This document shows, piece by piece, positions 17,406 through 20,134 of a stretch of DNA of 20,134 nt. The stretch is from positions 1 to 20,134 of the forward strand of contig JBKBIN010000023.1 in NCBI GenBank assembly GCA_046296715.1, read 5' to 3'. Numbering within the stretch: position 1 is the first letter of the stretch; every line of letters starts with the position of its first letter. The DNA comes from Candidatus Ratteibacteria bacterium (GTDB lineage: Bacteria; Ratteibacteria; UBA8468; B48-G9; JAFGKM01). The notes beneath the pieces are model-generated. The model was not told the origin of the DNA. It saw nothing but the letters and a program-made list of their open reading frames with translations, and searched no databases. Made by a program: the position numbers and the translations under genes.

Positions 17406-18428
17406 ATGGGAAAAACAAAAAAATATTATTTGAAAGATGTAATTGAACACTTTGATATAAAAAAAATTGATGCAATTCCTATAATTGAAATGTATTCTAA
17501 AATGGCATTTTCAGCAAGAACACTTGCAAATGGTGCTTTTCTTTATGAGAAAATGTTAAATGATAAAGAAGTTACAGTTATTCTTACAATGGCTGGTTCT
17601 CTTTTCAGTGCAGGATTAAAAAATATTGTATGTGACCTTATAAGAAATAATTTAGTTGATGTAATAGTATCCTCTGGAGCAATAATAGTGGATCAGGATT
17701 TTTTTGAGGCACTTGGTTTTAGACATTATATAGGAAGTCCTTTTGTTGATGATAGAGAATTGAATAAACTACATATTGATAGAATTTACGATACATATAT
17801 TGATGAAGATGAATTGAGGATTTGTGATATGACTGTTGCTGAAATTGCTGATAAACTTGAACCAAGACCTTATTCATCAAGGGAATTTATATTAGAAATG
17901 GGAAAATATTTGAAAGAAAAAGGTATTAAATCCGATGATTCTGTTATACTTGCTGCTTATGAAAAAAATGTTCCTATATTTGTTCCTGCATTTTCTGACT
18001 GTTCTGCTGGTTTTGGACTTGTATATCATCAGACAAAAAATCCAGATAAACATATCACAATAGATTCTGTTAAAGATTTTAAAGAATTAACTGAGTTAAA
18101 GATAGCAGCAAAAGAAACAGGAGTTGTTATGCTTGGTGGAGGTGTTCCAAAAAATTTTACACAGGATATTGTTGTATGTGCAGATGTTCTTGAAAAATCT
18201 GTACCTATGCATAAATATGCAATTCAGATTACAGTTGCTGATGTAAGAGATGGAGCATTATCAGGTTCAACTTTAAAAGAAGCACACTCATGGGGAAAAG
18301 TAGATTTTCCAAATACAGAGATGATTTACTGTGAAGTTACAGTTGCATTTCCATTAATTGCTGCATATGTATATCAAAAAGTTAAAAATAGAGAGCCAAG
18401 GAATTGGAACAAATTGTATGAAAAGTAA
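17406..18428 (+). CDS. deoxyhypusine synthase-like protein (bacterial SpeY / homospermidine synthesis type)
   Basis: F.AR, AGSL.SAG, RIYD, FVPAFSD, GGGVPKNF.Q, DGALSGST..EA.SWGK with the imine-forming Lys retained. Confidence 0.9.
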   Translation: MGKTKKYYLKDVIEHFDIKKIDAIPIIEMYSKMAFSARTLANGAFLYEKMLNDKEVTVILTMAGSLFSAGLKNIVCDLIRNNLVDVIVSSGAIIVDQDFFEALGFRHYIGSPFVDDRELNKLHIDRIYDTYIDEDELRICDMTVAEIADKLEPRPYSSREFILEMGKYLKEKGIKSDDSVILAAYEKNVPIFVPAFSDCSAGFGLVYHQTKNPDKHITIDSVKDFKELTELKIAAKETGVVMLGGGVPKNFTQDIVVCADVLEKSVPMHKYAIQITVADVRDGALSGSTLKEAHSWGKVDFPNTEMIYCEVTVAFPLIAAYVYQKVKNREPRNWNKLYEK

Positions 18429-19485
18429 AATTTTTAAAATTTTTCTAATTTTAATTTTCCTTCCATTTATCACAAAAGGAGATAAAATGGAAAATACAAT
18501 TCCTTCTTTATGCAATGTTTACAAAGATTATTTTCCAATTGGTGCAGCAGTTAATTTAAAAACAATTGTTTCGCATTCAGAATTATTGAAAAAACATTTT
18601 AATAGTATAACAACAGAAAATCATTTAAAGTGGGGACTAATTCATCCATTACCAGATAAATATAATTTTGAAGATGCAGATAAGATAATAAACTTTGCTA
18701 TTGAAAATAAGATGAAGATAAGAGGACATACTCTTGTTTGGCATATTCAAATTCCTGATTGGGTTTTTAAAGATGAAAAAGGCAATTTAATTGATAAAGA
18801 AAATTTACTTGAGAGATTACATGAACATATAAAAAGAGTTGTTGGATACTATAAGGGTAAAATTTATGCCTGGGATGTAGTAAATGAAGCAATCTCTGAT
18901 AAAGAAAATGAATTTTTAAGGGATGTCCCTTGGTATAAAATTTGTGGTGAAGAAGTTATTGAAAAAGCATTTATCTGGACACACGAGATAGATCCAGATG
19001 CAGTTTTATTTTATAATGATTATAATATTGAATTTCCTACAAAAAGGGAAAAGGCATATCAATTGATTAAAAAATTAAAGGAAAAAGGAATTCCTGTTCA
19101 TGGAGTTGGAATTCAGGCACACTGGAGACTTGATGAAAAGATGCCTATGTATCTTGAAGAAAGTATAAAAAAGTTTGCTTCACTTGGTATACAAGTTCAG
19201 ATTACAGAATTTGATATCTCAATATATTTGGATAAAAGTGAAAAATTTAATTCTCCTTCTGAAGTTCCTGAAGAAAGATTTATAAAGCAGAAAGAAATTT
19301 ACAAAAAAGCATTTGAAGTTATAAGGAGAAATAAACAATATATTACAGGAGTTACTTTCTGGGGAGTTGCTGATGATTTTACTTGGCTTAATAATTTTCC
19401 AGTTAAGGGAAGAAAAGATTTTCCGCTTTTATTTGATATAAATCATAAACCAAAAGAAGTTTTTTGGGAAATTTTGAATTTTTAA
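18418..19485 (+). CDS. GH10 endo-1,4-beta-xylanase
   Basis: IGAAV, FNSIT.EN..KW, RGHTLVWH, WDVVNE (acid/base), YNDYN, GIQAH, ITEFD (nucleophile), FWG..D..W, PLLFD. Starts: ATG 18418 (signal-like leader) or ATG 18487 (SD-led). Confidence 0.95.
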   Translation: MKSKIFKIFLILIFLPFITKGDKMENTIPSLCNVYKDYFPIGAAVNLKTIVSHSELLKKHFNSITTENHLKWGLIHPLPDKYNFEDADKIINFAIENKMKIRGHTLVWHIQIPDWVFKDEKGNLIDKENLLERLHEHIKRVVGYYKGKIYAWDVVNEAISDKENEFLRDVPWYKICGEEVIEKAFIWTHEIDPDAVLFYNDYNIEFPTKREKAYQLIKKLKEKGIPVHGVGIQAHWRLDEKMPMYLEESIKKFASLGIQVQITEFDISIYLDKSEKFNSPSEVPEERFIKQKEIYKKAFEVIRRNKQYITGVTFWGVADDFTWLNNFPVKGRKDFPLLFDINHKPKEVFWEILNF

Positions 19486-19489
19486 ATTT

Positions 19490-20101
19490 TTATTTTGATA
19501 AACTTAAAATAATATTTATAGCCCAGAAGAAAAATATTCCTGCTCCTAAAAATTTGAAAAAAAATTTTACCTTAATATTTGAAAAAAAATTATAGAAAAA
19601 ATATGGAAAAAGGCCACAAATAACTCCAACTGGAAAGATAATACTTCCAAGTCCAAATAGAAAACCAGAAATAAAACCAAAATAGAAATTTTTGCCTAAA
19701 TATGAGAGATAAAATACCAATCCTAAAAGAGGTGCACAGGGTGTTATTCCTTCTATAATTCCTAAAAAAACAGGAACAGAAGTTTTAATTAATTTGAATT
19801 GCTTTTTGAAAGGGAAAAGAAATGAAAATCCAATTATGAATAAAAGAATTGCTAAAAATAGAGAAAATGTTTTGCTTTGAAAGACATTTTGAATATATTT
19901 TCCAATTAAAGATGCAAAACCACCTATAATTCCATAAACAAAAATTTTTGAAATGGCAAAATAAAGTCCAATTTTAATACTATCAATTTTTTTCTGGAAT
20001 TCTTTTATAACAACAGGAAAAAGCAATAAACAACAATGAAGGCCACAAAAACTTAAACCAAAAAATAAACCCGATAAAAAAAATTGGAAAATCAATCTCA
20101 T
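19490..20101 (-). CDS. DsbD_2 / TauE-like polytopic membrane protein (CcdA/UreH-related)
   Basis: About six TMs; N-terminal C-G-L-H-C, central Y..IG, G..PC.PL and FGLG motifs. Confidence 0.65.
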   Translation of the reverse strand: MRLIFQFFLSGLFFGLSFCGLHCCLLLFPVVIKEFQKKIDSIKIGLYFAISKIFVYGIIGGFASLIGKYIQNVFQSKTFSLFLAILLFIIGFSFLFPFKKQFKLIKTSVPVFLGIIEGITPCAPLLGLVFYLSYLGKNFYFGFISGFLFGLGSIIFPVGVICGLFPYFFYNFFSNIKVKFFFKFLGAGIFFFWAINIILSLSK

Positions 20102-20107
20102 TTATAA

Positions 20108-20113
20108 ATTTTA
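20108..20113 (-). promoter_or_regulatory. putative -10 box of a leaderless transcript
   Basis: TAAAAT on the minus strand 6 nt upstream of ATG 20101, no SD; the -35 position runs off the window edge (..GAAC). Confidence 0.4.
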
Positions 20114-20134
20114 AATTTCTTTCTAATTTAGTTC

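Noticed and set aside
18358..18417. Upstream start of the xylanase ORF in the track
   Set aside because: It lies inside the DHS-like gene, has no SD, and would bury the signal-like leader
17406..18428. True eIF5A hypusination or archaeal origin of the contig
   Set aside because: Tol system, secG, ispF, sigma70 promoters and a lipobox indicate a bacterium; DHS homologues are known in bacteria

Overview
A very AT-rich, densely packed bacterial chromosomal region from a diderm organism, read in the standard code. There are about 21 protein genes and no rRNA, tRNA, CRISPR array or mobile element that I can see. Left to right: tolQ-tolR-tolA-tolB with no adjacent pal, then a frameshift-split EamA transporter. 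A near-consensus sigma70 promoter then precedes a 12-gene same-strand run with gaps of 18 bp or less: secG, a PPP-family Ser/Thr phosphatase, a soluble non-RD Ser/Thr kinase, an ABC family-5 lipoprotein, a TIGR03936/DUF2344 protein, an Rne/Rng RNase, iolB, a pyruvoyl arginine decarboxylase, a URO-D/methyltransferase-like protein, an alpha/beta esterase, a GH4 glycosidase and ispF. After that come a divergent TauE / heparinase II/III-like pair, a deoxyhypusine synthase-like gene coupled to a GH10 xylanase, and a convergent DsbD_2/TauE-like membrane protein. The most unusual signals are: (1) both putatively exported CAZymes carry a strong Shine-Dalgarno plus in-frame ATG right at the end of their signal-peptide-like leaders, suggesting dual secreted and cytoplasmic isoforms; (2) a PP1-like PPP phosphatase is paired with an atypical soluble kinase; (3) leaderless-type promoter geometry recurs; (4) a URO-D-like/esterase/GH4 trio could be a sugar de-decoration module. 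Family assignments come from motif recognition, not database searches.
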